Shown in pieces: positions 1-11,008 of a stretch of 64,000 bases of DNA. This DNA comes from Picochlorum sp. SENEW3 (lineage: Eukaryota). Every line of letters starts with the position of its first letter. Position 1 is the first letter of the stretch. The translations under genes were made by a program, and so were the position numbers. The DNA lies in the NCBI GenBank assembly GCA_034226945.1, contig CP120462.1, positions 434,001 through 498,000 of the forward strand, read 5' to 3'. The notes under the pieces are model-generated. The model ran no database searches and was not told the DNA's origin. It saw only the letters and a program-made list of their open reading frames with translations.

Positions 1-2492
1 AGGTCTTTCCACTGGCTAATCTCACGAGGGCCAGAATCATCAATAATTTGGATGCCTCTCTTCAGGCTTGCAGAGCTTGATGCTATCCATCGAATGATAA
101 AGTCTCTGAAGACGTCATATGCACTCAACTGGATGCCTGCATCAACATACCCATGCCTTTCAACAAAGTCCTGCAGACCACCTACTGCTTGCACAAGCAT
201 GATTGCTGATGCTGTTGGCTTCTGAGGTGGATTTCGCGTAATCACGCTCTTGAGATGAGCGGCCAAGCCTTTGCAGTACTCTAAGGATGTTATGAAAGGA
301 AGTCCAACATCTTTCGGGAAGGCTACAGAGTTTTGTATGGCTTCATCCGCCCGAACTTCTTCCATGATTGCTTGGCAGAGATCACACAATTTTTTGTATT
401 TCTTTGGTTCTCTCTCATCTTCGCCCAGTTGAGTCTCTACTGCAGCCAAAATCGAATAAAATCTCTTGTTTGCTGCCTTCTTGAATCGTACAGATGCCCA
501 CTGTATGGCACTATGCTCATCTCCAGCAAGCACAAGCTTGAGTAATTTGAATGCTGATCTCAACACAGTTGCTGCTTGAGGACCACGGATCGAGAGGTAC
601 TCTTCACCGACGTCATCATCATACTGTTGTTTCAACGAATAATAATTCTCAAAGGCCTTGTTCAACAGAGTTTTGATATCCTGCCGCACGTTGGTGAACA
701 TGGCAATCTCGTGAGATTCCAAGGCATGTTGACCGTTGTCAGCATGTTTAATGGCTCCATATTTTGCCGTGACCACCTCAAAGCACATCGAGTTGGGTCT
801 GACAATATGCTTTTGTAATATCCATTGCAGATACGATAATGTTTCATATTCCTCCCGGATGCCATGTCGTCCAGCAAATGTTTTCAAAAGCCAGGACCAT
901 TCTGGTTTGAGCTCCAAGGGCGATGCTGGTCTATCACATTCAGAAGCTCTCAGGGCGCAGTCCAAAAGGGCACTATACACATGTCGCACATTGATTTGAA
1001 GATATCCCGCCGAGGAATCTTTCCCCTTTGGCGCATCATCATGCAATGTCGCCGCAATGAGACCCTTCTCCTCACTCAAGGAATTCTCAAGTGAAGATGT
1101 GTGTCCATCATCAGCACTGTCAAGCTGCACCAATGGATTATTCTTCCATGCTGTCCCAATATCTTGTTTATAAGTTCCATCAATATCTGTTTCCGTCAAC
1201 ATAGGGGCATTGCCCGAGGTTCCTCCTCCACTGTGCCCCTGGGATGTTGGTCCCATAACCCCGGCTACTGTCAGGTCCCCAGGTATAGCCTTTGCAGACA
1301 ACAGGGTATGACCAGATGGGGACCCATTGTTTCCTGTCAACTTCACCCAGACCATGGATCCACCGGAATCCTTCCTTTTCCATCCACTCGGCTTGATTAA
1401 TTGCTTGAGCAAACTGGGTGGGGGTTCTTGCCCCAGTGCATCACATCGTGCTGCCAACCTCTGAAGTTCAGAAATCATAACAGAGCCACATGCAATCAAT
1501 TTTCTATCCATTGAAAACACATCAATCTTTACCGAAGAATGGGCCGATTTGTTCGACTGATTCGACACATAGAGAGTTTCCCCAGACAGCACCCCTCCTG
1601 TTGATCCAACCATGCTGGAAGATTTCCTGTCATGAGCAAGCGTCTGCACAACAAAATTTGCTGGAGATGTATCTGTGGATGAATCATGCTCAAAACTTTC
1701 CAAGAAAGGAGCTCCAACAATCCTCAGCACTTTGACTTGCACGCAAGGAACACGCCAGTCATAGTTTGCAAGATGCTCCTGTGCCATTGACACATCAGGC
1801 TCCCGAAAGGATTTGATAGTATCTTTGTTCCGCACAACTTTTTCTGTCTTCTCTACATCATGTTTTGGTACGCTTTTGCCAACCATGACAAATCGCTGCG
1901 CCTGCTGCTGCTCCACATCATCCCAGAAAATATTCACATTCTGACCTTGCTCCAGCAGCAGCTTCCTCACACCTAATCCATCCTTGAGTACTCGACAGCC
2001 CTCTTCCAAAAACCCTCGCGCAGTATTACCTTCCTCACCGCCACGAACTAAAGCATCAATACAAAGATCTTTGCACGCATCCAATGCCAAAAACCGAACC
2101 CACGCCTGCCTTCTCGTCATTGTCACAGCACCCTGCCCATCCTTTGCAGAGAGTGCAGGAAAGCCACTCTTTCTCAACTTTTCAGCATGCCAAGCATCAT
2201 TCCACACTCTCCTCCCATCACTGACATCCTCTAGAGCAGTCTGATAGGTATGCGTCGCTTCATCGGCCTCATGCCGGGCCTCCCTATAATACAAATCTCC
2301 TTCCTGCAGAGTAGTAGCCATTCCACCACCAATTCTATCCTTCCGACTCGAGCGGTGTCTCACTGGTGAACTCGCACTCGAACTATCACCATCATGATCA
2401 TGTCTGTGCTCAGGATGAGCAACAACGAGCCCTCGATGCAGAATGCTACCGCCAAAATCCACCTCGTCAACCACCTTTGTCCCACGAAACAT
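1..2492 (-). CDS. Conserved plant/algal uncharacterised large protein (At4g24610/At5g48310-like); 3' end runs off the window
   Basis: Absent from the ORF track because no stop lies in the window. Manual translation from ATG 2492 (MFRGTKVVDEVDFGG...) includes AWVRFLALDACKDLCIDALVRGG..ARGFLEEGCRVLKDGLGVRKLLL, resembling the family motif W..IAYDACxRLCL.AWARGC.EAP.FL.NEC..LR.AFGL. Frame was spot-checked, not read end to end. Confidence 0.7.
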   Translation of the reverse strand, partial: MFRGTKVVDEVDFGGSILHRGLVVAHPEHRHDHDGDSSSASSPVRHRSSRKDRIGGGMATTLQEGDLYYREARHEADEATHTYQTALEDVSDGRRVWNDAWHAEKLRKSGFPALSAKDGQGAVTMTRRQAWVRFLALDACKDLCIDALVRGGEEGNTARGFLEEGCRVLKDGLGVRKLLLEQGQNVNIFWDDVEQQQAQRFVMVGKSVPKHDVEKTEKVVRNKDTIKSFREPDVSMAQEHLANYDWRVPCVQVKVLRIVGAPFLESFEHDSSTDTSPANFVVQTLAHDRKSSSMVGSTGGVLSGETLYVSNQSNKSAHSSVKIDVFSMDRKLIACGSVMISELQRLAARCDALGQEPPPSLLKQLIKPSGWKRKDSGGSMVWVKLTGNNGSPSGHTLLSAKAIPGDLTVAGVMGPTSQGHSGGGTSGNAPMLTETDIDGTYKQDIGTAWKNNPLVQLDSADDGHTSSLENSLSEEKGLIAATLHDDAPKGKDSSAGYLQINVRHVYSALLDCALRASECDRPASPLELKPEWSWLLKTFAGRHGIREEYETLSYLQWILQKHIVRPNSMCFEVVTAKYGAIKHADNGQHALESHEIAMFTNVRQDIKTLLNKAFENYYSLKQQYDDDVGEEYLSIRGPQAATVLRSAFKLLKLVLAGDEHSAIQWASVRFKKAANKRFYSILAAVETQLGEDEREPKKYKKLCDLCQAIMEEVRADEAIQNSVAFPKDVGLPFITSLEYCKGLAAHLKSVITRNPPQKPTASAIMLVQAVGGLQDFVERHGYVDAGIQLSAYDVFRDFIIRWIASSSASLKRGIQIIDDSGPREISQWKD

Positions 2493-3124
2493 CCAGCTCT
2501 CGTTCCTTTAACGTATGTACCTAGAGATGTATTTATGAATATATCAAAATGGTGGATGTCCGTGATCCAGCCCGAATTCAAAAATCAAAATGAACTCTAG
2601 CGAACGAAAGGAATTGAGAAATGTTGGTCAAATGAATTGCGATACATGATCCTCACACGTAGATCCATGCCAAGGGCAAATATATTGGCCACTATATATA
2701 TAAATTGAAAAAAGTAAAGGTGCAGAGGGCCACTGAGAGTCCAACATGGCGAGGATCGTTGCCTGGTGCCTTGATCGTCAACGGTTAGTTTAGGCGCCAC
2801 CTTTGACAAGAGTCTCTTTTTATATATCTAAATACGGAATATTAAACATAACAATGTACGGTCAAATGAATCCATTCATGGTTCATATCGGTCTATCTGG
2901 ATATCCGGGGACGCGCCGAGCCAGATGAGCAGGGAAATGGTACTTCCTGCTGCTGATTTTTCGCCAATCGATCTGAGATTAATTCACGAATTGCTACTAC
3001 TTTCTTTTTTCTTGTATAAACTCAACCCAAGAACGAAACTGAAGGAGCCAAGATACCTTGGACATCTCATTTTGCGAAACTTTTTCTACTCCTCTATCGA
3101 TGAACACACCCTACATAGAGAGCC

Positions 3125-4825
3125 ATGTTTTATGCATATAAGAAGATTAGAAAACATGTAGAGAAGAAAAAGAGGGCTCAGGCTGTTCAGGAGGCATCTG
3201 CAACTCGGCCTTCAGGTGATGACGATATTGAAGGAGACCCCCCCTTGGGTCATGATTCAGTTCCGCAGGAGGGAAAGGGGGAGGAGAATCTGGACTGGCT
3301 GTCTGATTCTGCAAAGATTCCAGTGGATAATGATCCTCTCCTGACTGGCATACCAAACTCTGCAGAGAACCGGAAGAGCAAGAGGAACAGTTGGTATGCC
3401 TTGTTGATCAGTGGTTTTGCTTTGGCCATTGATTTCACGGCGGCAATGATGAGTATTCAGACATTTTATTATGTTTTGAACGGTCCCAAAAGACTCTACG
3501 GACTAACATTTGGGTCATACGATCTCACAGCGTTGCTGGCAGCACCCTGTCTTGGGTTTGTGAGTGACCGGTTTCGTGTCTACAAAGTACTGCTCATGAT
3601 ATGCTTTCTGTTCAATGGAGCCGGTAATCTGATTTATGCATTCTCGTATCTGGGAGATGCGTGGTATATGATGTTAATTGCAAGGCTTGTGGCTGGAATT
3701 GGAGCTGCAGCATTGTCTTTAGGGAGCTCCTACATTGCGTCAACAACCACCATGGAGCAGAGACAAACGGGGCTCGTGTCCTACAGGGTTTCTCAAACGC
3801 TTGCCCGAATGTTTGGACCGTGGATTGGTTATCTCTTCCTCGGTTTGCCGAGCGTGAATTCCTCGTCTTCCACAACACTCAAGGTGTTTAATTGGTACAC
3901 CATTCCTGGATGGGTGGCTGTATTCATCATTGTTCTGGTGATTGGTATTGTAGCATTCTTGTTTGTGGACCCGTCGAATGAGAATGAACATTATGTGCGA
4001 GAAAATCTGGCGAAAAAAGACGAGTCTATGGAGGAGGAGAAGAAGGGTGAATCAGAACGAAAAAGGACATTCCAGTACCTTGTAGCAATATGGTTGTTCA
4101 TTGCGTTTGCCTCCGTCTTTCTCCAGTTTGGGTATTACTCCAACCTGTTTGCTTTGTTTGCTGGACAATACCATGACATCACTGACCAAGTGGGTCAGTG
4201 GAAGGTCTTTATCGGCATAGGAGCTGGTGCTGTCTTTGGCTCGGTACTATATCGCACAGGAGTCAAAGCCATGCCAAAGATATTTGATGAGAGAATCATC
4301 GTCATTGTGTCGAGTTGGCTCATGATGGTGGTCTATTTGCTGGTGATTCCATATGGCGGAGCGACGTCAGTCCCACCCGATGGAACCTTTTATGCATCCA
4401 CAGCCATTTTTGGCATTGCCATTGTCCTATTCTTCCCATCCCTGGAAGCATTCTTCTCCAAAAAGATTTCGCAATACCAAGATATTGTTGGAGAGAATAT
4501 CGGAAAGCTCTTGGGAATATATTACATGGCTGTTTCTGGTGGACGATTTGCTGGCCCACTTGTGATTGGCGCAGTGACATTCATTGCCACGCCATCTGGC
4601 CAAGTCAACTACTGTGCCAATGGCGAAAGCATTGGCAGCGATGGAAGTCCCATCTGTGATGGTGATACAAGCACCTCCTGTGCCATATTCCCTGATGTGT
4701 ACTATGTCGAGGGGTGTATATTGAAACATGCTATTCCCGTGTACTCTGCGTTTGCTGGTGTCTCTGGACTCTTGGCTATTCTCATCATGATTATTGTGAA
4801 GCGACATTGGAGCTATGTATCCTAA
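3125..4825 (+). CDS. Major facilitator superfamily (MFS) transporter
   Basis: 566 aa intronless ORF with about 12 hydrophobic segments. Motif A-like G-FVSDRFR and ARLVAGIG; Cys-rich loop before the last TM. Confidence 0.85.
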   Translation: MFYAYKKIRKHVEKKKRAQAVQEASATRPSGDDDIEGDPPLGHDSVPQEGKGEENLDWLSDSAKIPVDNDPLLTGIPNSAENRKSKRNSWYALLISGFALAIDFTAAMMSIQTFYYVLNGPKRLYGLTFGSYDLTALLAAPCLGFVSDRFRVYKVLLMICFLFNGAGNLIYAFSYLGDAWYMMLIARLVAGIGAAALSLGSSYIASTTTMEQRQTGLVSYRVSQTLARMFGPWIGYLFLGLPSVNSSSSTTLKVFNWYTIPGWVAVFIIVLVIGIVAFLFVDPSNENEHYVRENLAKKDESMEEEKKGESERKRTFQYLVAIWLFIAFASVFLQFGYYSNLFALFAGQYHDITDQVGQWKVFIGIGAGAVFGSVLYRTGVKAMPKIFDERIIVIVSSWLMMVVYLLVIPYGGATSVPPDGTFYASTAIFGIAIVLFFPSLEAFFSKKISQYQDIVGENIGKLLGIYYMAVSGGRFAGPLVIGAVTFIATPSGQVNYCANGESIGSDGSPICDGDTSTSCAIFPDVYYVEGCILKHAIPVYSAFAGVSGLLAILIMIIVKRHWSYVS

Positions 4826-4916
4826 TACAGTACAATCAGGAACCATCGCCCCATACGGTATCTCAATCTTTTCAAATTAAACTGATGTAAAAGCAGTTAT
4901 TAAAAAAATTAGTGGC

Positions 4917-6521
4917 ATGCGTGTTCTAGAGTTTTCAATCCTTGTTCTACTGCTCGAGGCCTGTGTTGTGGGTGCGCAGCGCGGGTCACTGCAAAGCACG
5001 TACAACTCGGTTCAATTTATAGGGTTTGGGGTGTCTACAGATGAGGAAATATGGTTATTAAAACCTTATTTTAAAAGCACAGAGTGCAAAGAGGAGTTAC
5101 TTGACGCTGTATCGGAAATGTCCGAGTCGACCACTATTTCTTCACTCCTGTCGACAGTCCTCCGAACTGATTACGTGTCAGAATGTCTACTGGTGAATCC
5201 AAAGTGTGAAGGGAAGAACCCAGGGACGTATACTGAATTCTCTGACCTTGACCTGAAGCAGTTTTTCTCTGAGGATGAGAAATATGGGATGGGTGGCATT
5301 CGGTGCTACACTGGCCCTCTTAATCTGGAAACTGATGTTCTTGGGCGGCTAGACGTTATGGAAAAGGCTGTTGCTGAGGCATATACATATGGTGATACAT
5401 CGAGTGATGTGTTGAAAGTTTTCATCGCTCCAGAATTCTTCTTCAGAGGTCCATACGGAGCATACAACTTTTCCAGCATTTTTCCTGTTGGGTCCAGTGA
5501 GGAATTCAATGCAATAAATGAGATTGGGCGGGGGCTCAGGCGTATTTCTCAGAATTCATCATATGAAGACTGGTTATTTGTGTTTGGAACTATCGTAGGG
5601 ATGGAGTCGGACACGAGTGGATTGGTTTCCCAGGAGAGCATCAACAACACTGGGGGGTATCAGTTTGGATGGCTCAATTTCGCACCAGTATTCAAAGGTG
5701 GGGCGTCTCCCCCAGATACAGTATCTACTGGAATGGACTTTATAGTGCCAAAGACGTACGTCAGTGTTCTTGATTTCTTGACATCTGACAGGAATCCTTT
5801 CGATGTCAGCACAAACATAACACAGATTACATACAATAACTCGGGTTGGAGTGAGGTGGAAGGATGGCTGGAGTCGAAAGGATACACTCTTGTGTATGAC
5901 AGTATGGTGTTTGTAAATGACATTCTTGTGGCGGTTGAGATTTGTGCAGACTTTGCAAAAAAGGTTGCCACATCGCGTTTCAACGAATGGATGAAGGACC
6001 CAGCAAACGTCACGATTCCTGCAGGAGGAAACTTTCAGCTCTCGTATCCTTTCCAGAACATGCCTCCTCCAGGATTGCCACAATTACAGCTTGTCGCTAG
6101 CGATGGTATGAAGATTGAGAATAATTCCATCCTCCTTGGACCACAAGGTAGTATTTTCTTACAGGATGGGATGCATTCCATCACAGCAGGCCTCAACTCG
6201 ACAGGCTCCGGCCAACAGGTAGTGACAGACTGCTATGACATGGGAACTGGTCAGATAACCAATCTCACCGTCCTAAATATACCACACATGGTGGTCGACA
6301 TTACGATTCCTGGACTGAGCTCATATTTCTCTGTTCCAGAGCCAATGTCTGGCAATGAAACCAAACTCACCGTGTTTGAAGCCGTATCTATAGGATCTAT
6401 TGGCTTCCCAGACTGCTCACCTTCCATCTGTGCGTACGCAGATCCTGGGTGTCCATGTGCCATGCCAGTCTGGGATGGAAGACTGAAAACTTGTAGAAGA
6501 CGTCTAGGATCGTCCTCATAA
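4917..6521 (+). CDS. Secreted hypothetical protein, putative carbon-nitrogen hydrolase (nitrilase-like) fold
   Basis: 534 aa with an N-terminal signal-like peptide. Motifs FIAPEFFF, VPKTY and VEICAD match the order of the nitrilase E-K-C triad. Confidence 0.55.
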   Translation: MRVLEFSILVLLLEACVVGAQRGSLQSTYNSVQFIGFGVSTDEEIWLLKPYFKSTECKEELLDAVSEMSESTTISSLLSTVLRTDYVSECLLVNPKCEGKNPGTYTEFSDLDLKQFFSEDEKYGMGGIRCYTGPLNLETDVLGRLDVMEKAVAEAYTYGDTSSDVLKVFIAPEFFFRGPYGAYNFSSIFPVGSSEEFNAINEIGRGLRRISQNSSYEDWLFVFGTIVGMESDTSGLVSQESINNTGGYQFGWLNFAPVFKGGASPPDTVSTGMDFIVPKTYVSVLDFLTSDRNPFDVSTNITQITYNNSGWSEVEGWLESKGYTLVYDSMVFVNDILVAVEICADFAKKVATSRFNEWMKDPANVTIPAGGNFQLSYPFQNMPPPGLPQLQLVASDGMKIENNSILLGPQGSIFLQDGMHSITAGLNSTGSGQQVVTDCYDMGTGQITNLTVLNIPHMVVDITIPGLSSYFSVPEPMSGNETKLTVFEAVSIGSIGFPDCSPSICAYADPGCPCAMPVWDGRLKTCRRRLGSSS

Positions 6522-6569
6522 TTGATGATGGCGATTCTCTGAGTTATTTATTATTTTTATATACAAATA

Positions 6570-7409
6570 ATGACTGCCTCGAGAGAGGAAAATCAGCATG
6601 ATGCGTTATTGGACGCAGTCGGTCGTTCAGATGGCTCAACGAACAAACCGACACTCTATGAAGCATTAGGTCTCACCTCAGCTGCCACAGAGCATGAAAT
6701 ACGTAAATCATATTTTAAAATGGCGATTAAAGTCCACCCTGATCGGAATGCTGGCGACAGTCGTGCAACTGAACGTTTTCAAAGTCTTCAAAAAATTTAC
6801 AGTGTCTTGAGTGACCCAGAAAAGAGGCGGATATACGACCAGACTGGTCAATTTGAAGATGAGGATGGGGTGTTATCTGAGAAGAACTTTGAGAGCCTGT
6901 ATGAGTATTACAAGGCAAAGTTTAGAGAGGTGACTGTAGATGCTATTGAGGATTTTAGAGAAAAGTATCAAGAATCTGAGGAAGAAATGAACGATGTGCT
7001 GAGTTATTATGATGAATTTGAAGGAAATATGCAAAAGGTGTTTGATCATGTGATGCTGAGCGACCCAGAGGTTGATTCAGTCCGGTTTCAAGGGTACATT
7101 GACTCAGCATTAGAAGATGGGAGGGTGCAGACGTGTTTTGAGGCATATGAGCGATGGAAAAACGCACTTGCTCGTTCTACGAAGGGAACAAAGAAGAAGA
7201 AGCAGAATAAGAGAAAAGAAGCTGGGATGTCATCGTTGGAGGAAGCAATACGAGCGCGTCAATTGGCAACGACCAGACAGACGAGTGCATTGGATGCTCT
7301 GGCACAGAAATATGGGTGTGATGTGATGCCAGAGGATGATCCATTGGCATCCGAAGAAGCATTTTTACAAGCACGAGCGCGATTGGAGAAGAAGAAAAAG
7401 AAGACATGA
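6570..7409 (+). CDS. DnaJ/J-domain protein (DNAJC9/AtJ6-like)
   Basis: J-domain with HPD (KVHPDRN), followed by a DNAJC9-type region (I..F...Y..SEEE..D) and a Lys-rich C-terminus. Confidence 0.88.
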   Translation: MTASREENQHDALLDAVGRSDGSTNKPTLYEALGLTSAATEHEIRKSYFKMAIKVHPDRNAGDSRATERFQSLQKIYSVLSDPEKRRIYDQTGQFEDEDGVLSEKNFESLYEYYKAKFREVTVDAIEDFREKYQESEEEMNDVLSYYDEFEGNMQKVFDHVMLSDPEVDSVRFQGYIDSALEDGRVQTCFEAYERWKNALARSTKGTKKKKQNKRKEAGMSSLEEAIRARQLATTRQTSALDALAQKYGCDVMPEDDPLASEEAFLQARARLEKKKKKT

Positions 7410-7416
7410 TGTGCAA

Positions 7417-8437
7417 TTATGATTCCTTCTTCCATGCACGCGTCAGGTCTAGGATGCTTGCTGCCATCTCCTCTGCAGTATAGTTTTTGCCATAAAATGT
7501 AACAAACGTACCGTTTGGATCCAACAGGTAGGTGATGATGGAGTGATCAATCAAATAATCCGACTCATCCTGCTCTGTCGATGTTCCAGTCACTTCTCCA
7601 ACGCCCGCTTTGGTAAAGTACACCCTGTATGCCTTTGTCACCTTGGTCACATCCTCCATGGACCCAGTCAACCCAATCATGCGTGGATGAAACTCTTTCA
7701 CATAGTGTTTTATCTGTTCGACACCATCTCTCTCTGGATCTAGAGTAATAAATACAGGTTTAATTAACCCCATATCTTTCGGAGCCTTGGCATCGATGAT
7801 GTCAATGGCAGCTGCAATCTTTTCCAATTCATCTGGGCACACATCTGGGCAATGCGTAAACCCAAAATACAACAGACTAAACGCCCCCTTCAACGCATCG
7901 CTATGAAATGGTTTCCCCTTATCATCTGTCAGCTGAAAATCGCCTCCAATAGCCGCCTTTCCTGCAACAACAGATGTGCGGGCTCCTTGTTCTGCCACTT
8001 TGCTCATCTTGTCCCGCTGCATAGAATCATAATACCACCAGAGCCCAGCACCAGTCACCACAGTCAGTCCCAGGCTTTTATATGAAACTGGCTGCATAAT
8101 AGATTGATAAGAGTACAGGTTTTTAGCATGAGGTGCTATTATGTACCAAAAAACCCGCATCATCATGGTTGACACGTACAGTTGATGATGGACCTGACCC
8201 AGCTGCTCTTGGTGTTGTTGAGCTCCATCGAAAGCCAGCTGGCGCTGGTGAACCCTTCCCTCTATGCTGTGAGCGTGTGATCAATGAACTAATGCATTGT
8301 CGATCTGTCGTTGTGGACGATGATTGATGGTGTGCGACAATGGAAAAGCAACGTCGTTGCTCTTGGACCACAGCAGGTTGTTCTGAAACAAGTCGACGCA
8401 GCAGACTCAGCAGATTGGTATCCCTCCAGCGGCTCAT
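7417..8437 (-). CDS. SCO1: Cytochrome c oxidase copper chaperone SCO1/HCC1 (exons ~8437-8180 and 8091-7417)
   Basis: YFGFTHCPDVCPDEL CxxxC motif and DYLIDHS. Exon 1 encodes a mitochondrial presequence; GTACGT...TGCAG phase-0 intron. Confidence 0.93.
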
Positions 8438-8683
8438 GGTGAGCTAATAAATTTTACAAGAGTAACAATAGTAAAATGTGGACGAGGGCACGTGACAGCT
8501 TTGGAGAAGAATTCTTCTCGAATTCTGACTATTCAAATAAGGAAATATTTTGCATGCAATTTTCACTCAATAACTCACACATGCTCCGTCTGAAGCGAAA
8601 ACAAAACTCAATTAAATAGTATACACTGATAAAGGGTAGTGTTGGGGCCATACGCGGTCTCATATGGATGTATAGTTCAAGGC

Positions 8684-9592
8684 ATGGCAGTTTCGCAGGG
8701 TAAAGAAGAGGACGGAACGACGAGGACAAAGCCCCGGAAGCGGAATCTTCGGAAGAAGAGAAAACTATCTTCGTCGTCGTCGGAGAGTGAAGGGGAAGAG
8801 CATGCCTTGGCGACAGCAGTGGTTAGTAAAGGAAAGAAGCAGTTGGGTGACAAGAATGCCATGGCATTTTCAACACGGAGGAAGCAGGACGCAGAGCATC
8901 TATCAGGCATGGCGTTTGAGAGTTCAGGGATGGATGCGAGGCATGATTATTTGGTGAATGACGCGACGCGTGTGTTGGATATGCCGAATGAGGGGGAGCG
9001 AGGGGCAGGCAGGGACCAGGGAAGTGACAAGGATGCCACAGGAGATGGTACGACATATAAAGGGATGAAAGGATACAAGGATTATCGGGAAGGGTTTCGA
9101 CGGGAAGATGAGCGAGGGGGGTCGCATGGGCCTAAAAAGCCCTCTGCAAACTTTAGAATGTCAGTGTTGGTAGATTATCAGCCAGATGTATGTAAGGATT
9201 ATAAAGAAACTGGGTACTGCGGTTTTGGCGATTCTTGTAAATTTTTGCATGATAGAGGTGATTATAAAGCAGGATGGCAGTTAGATAGAGATTGGGAGGA
9301 GGAGCAGAAGGCTAGAAAAGAGAGGGAGCGACAGGGATGGGTTGACAATGATGAAGAGAGCAACGAGGAGAGCGATGATGATTTACCTTTTGCATGCTTC
9401 ATCTGCCGAGAGCCTTGGGAGAAATGTCAGGATCCTGTGGTGACCAAGTGTGGGCATTATTTCTGTGAGCAATGTGCTCTGAAGGAGAATGCCAAGACCG
9501 GAAAGTGCTTCGTGTGTGGAGAGCCTACAAAGGGGATTTTCAACGTCGCGCATGCAATCATCAAAAGGGAAAAAGCCAAATCCGGTGGGTAG
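8684..9592 (+). CDS. CWC24: Splicing factor Cwc24/RNF113A (CCCH zinc finger + RING)
   Basis: [32 protein letters not shown] finger and LPFACFICR...[14 protein letters not shown]. Confidence 0.93.
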   Translation: MAVSQGKEEDGTTRTKPRKRNLRKKRKLSSSSSESEGEEHALATAVVSKGKKQLGDKNAMAFSTRRKQDAEHLSGMAFESSGMDARHDYLVNDATRVLDMPNEGERGAGRDQGSDKDATGDGTTYKGMKGYKDYREGFRREDERGGSHGPKKPSANFRMSVLVDYQPDVCKDYKETGYCGFGDSCKFLHDRGDYKAGWQLDRDWEEEQKARKERERQGWVDNDEESNEESDDDLPFACFICREPWEKCQDPVVTKCGHYFCEQCALKENAKTGKCFVCGEPTKGIFNVAHAIIKREKAKSGG

Positions 9593-9696
9593 AATTGTTG
9601 ATGAGACGGAATATGTGGCAATTGTCTGTGCTCAATCGTACCAGTGTGCATGTAATATGTGTCCTCAAAATCACTGTCTTATATATTTAGTATATT

Positions 9697-10713
9697 TCAA
9701 GCATTTTCAATCGCCTTGATACATTCATTCACAAGAGCTCCGGACTTCATTGCTTCTACAAGTGCGTCATACTCTGTTTTGTACTTTCTCAGAATGGCAG
9801 CAGCCTGATATGCAGCCCAACGAGTTTGGTTTTGCTGCTGCGAGTCGCTCATCTTGCTCGTTGATCTCCACATGATTCGTTGCAAATCAAGCATATCTGC
9901 ATTTTGACCCATCACATCGTCGTAATTCATGGCCTCTGCTGTCGCCCCAGCCATGGCAATGATGGACAGTCTGTCAACCTCTGATGCGTCCAACTGCTTC
10001 TCCACCAACCTCTTTTGCAATGCAGCTTCGGCGAGATCAGTGTGCTCTTTGCCAAGCATCAGTGAATATCCTGCTACTGGAACGCCAAGCACGTGGGCAG
10101 TGAGTATATGGGCAGCCTCGTGCTTCACGACTCTTTCCTTGTAGTCTGGGAAAATTTTGGAGAAGGAGTCAATGGCCCACTGCAACACACCAGGACTCGT
10201 CGATCCGATGGCCAAAACAGCAATACTGATTCCTCCAGTCAAATATGCTCCCCAAAATCCCCAATCTCCAGGAAGCTGGCCGAGGACAACCGCAAGAACA
10301 GAAGACGTTCCCACAACAGACAGGAGGAAGGCGGCATCATTTCTCACTGAGATCCTTGCTATTGACTCTGGATCTTTTACTCCCATCAATCGTAACTCTC
10401 CAATAGACACTGGCCGTCTCTCTGGTAAATCTGTCGTCTCTATACCCCATTTCACGAGTACATTGTTCTCTTTCAAACTCTCACAAGCAGCCTTGATATC
10501 CCCTGTGATCTCATACTTGACCGATGGAGGGGCGCTCTTGTAGTCATCAAGAGCATCTTCTAGTATTTTATAGTCTCCTTGGGTGGCCGATGGCTGAATG
10601 TTCAACCTTGCGCCGGTCTTTCGAACCGAACAGGCCTTGCGCTGGTGCAGCGGAGATATTCCGCGAGTGCTCGTTTTCATGCCCAGATCCATCGATAGGG
10701 ACATCATTGTCAA
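9697..10713 (-). CDS. Plastid M41-like zinc metalloprotease-domain membrane protein (VIR3/At5g27290-like)
   Basis: Transit-like N-terminus, two TM segments, RVVKHEAAH (HExxH) and AGATAEAMNY..G..AD typical of this family. Confidence 0.75.
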   Translation of the reverse strand: MTMMSLSMDLGMKTSTRGISPLHQRKACSVRKTGARLNIQPSATQGDYKILEDALDDYKSAPPSVKYEITGDIKAACESLKENNVLVKWGIETTDLPERRPVSIGELRLMGVKDPESIARISVRNDAAFLLSVVGTSSVLAVVLGQLPGDWGFWGAYLTGGISIAVLAIGSTSPGVLQWAIDSFSKIFPDYKERVVKHEAAHILTAHVLGVPVAGYSLMLGKEHTDLAEAALQKRLVEKQLDASEVDRLSIIAMAGATAEAMNYDDVMGQNADMLDLQRIMWRSTSKMSDSQQQNQTRWAAYQAAAILRKYKTEYDALVEAMKSGALVNECIKAIENA

Positions 10714-11008
10714 TCTATGAAGAAATAAAATATTTTTAATGGGAATGTGGGTGAATTCGGGGGGGCATCCTATGGTCGACGTCTATGTGTGGTTGATCAA
10801 CCATCGATGGTTGATGAGAGATGTCTCTCTCTCAACATGCGCAAGGCATTAATGGCACTCGACAGTGTCAAAAAGAACATGGCTGTTGCTGGATGGATGA
10901 TGGACATCATAAAGAAAAAAGGGTATCCCTGCATTCTGATTCTCACGTATTTCAATTACATCACGATTATCGATTCATGTGAGCATGTCAACGTGACATG
11001 CAACAGAA

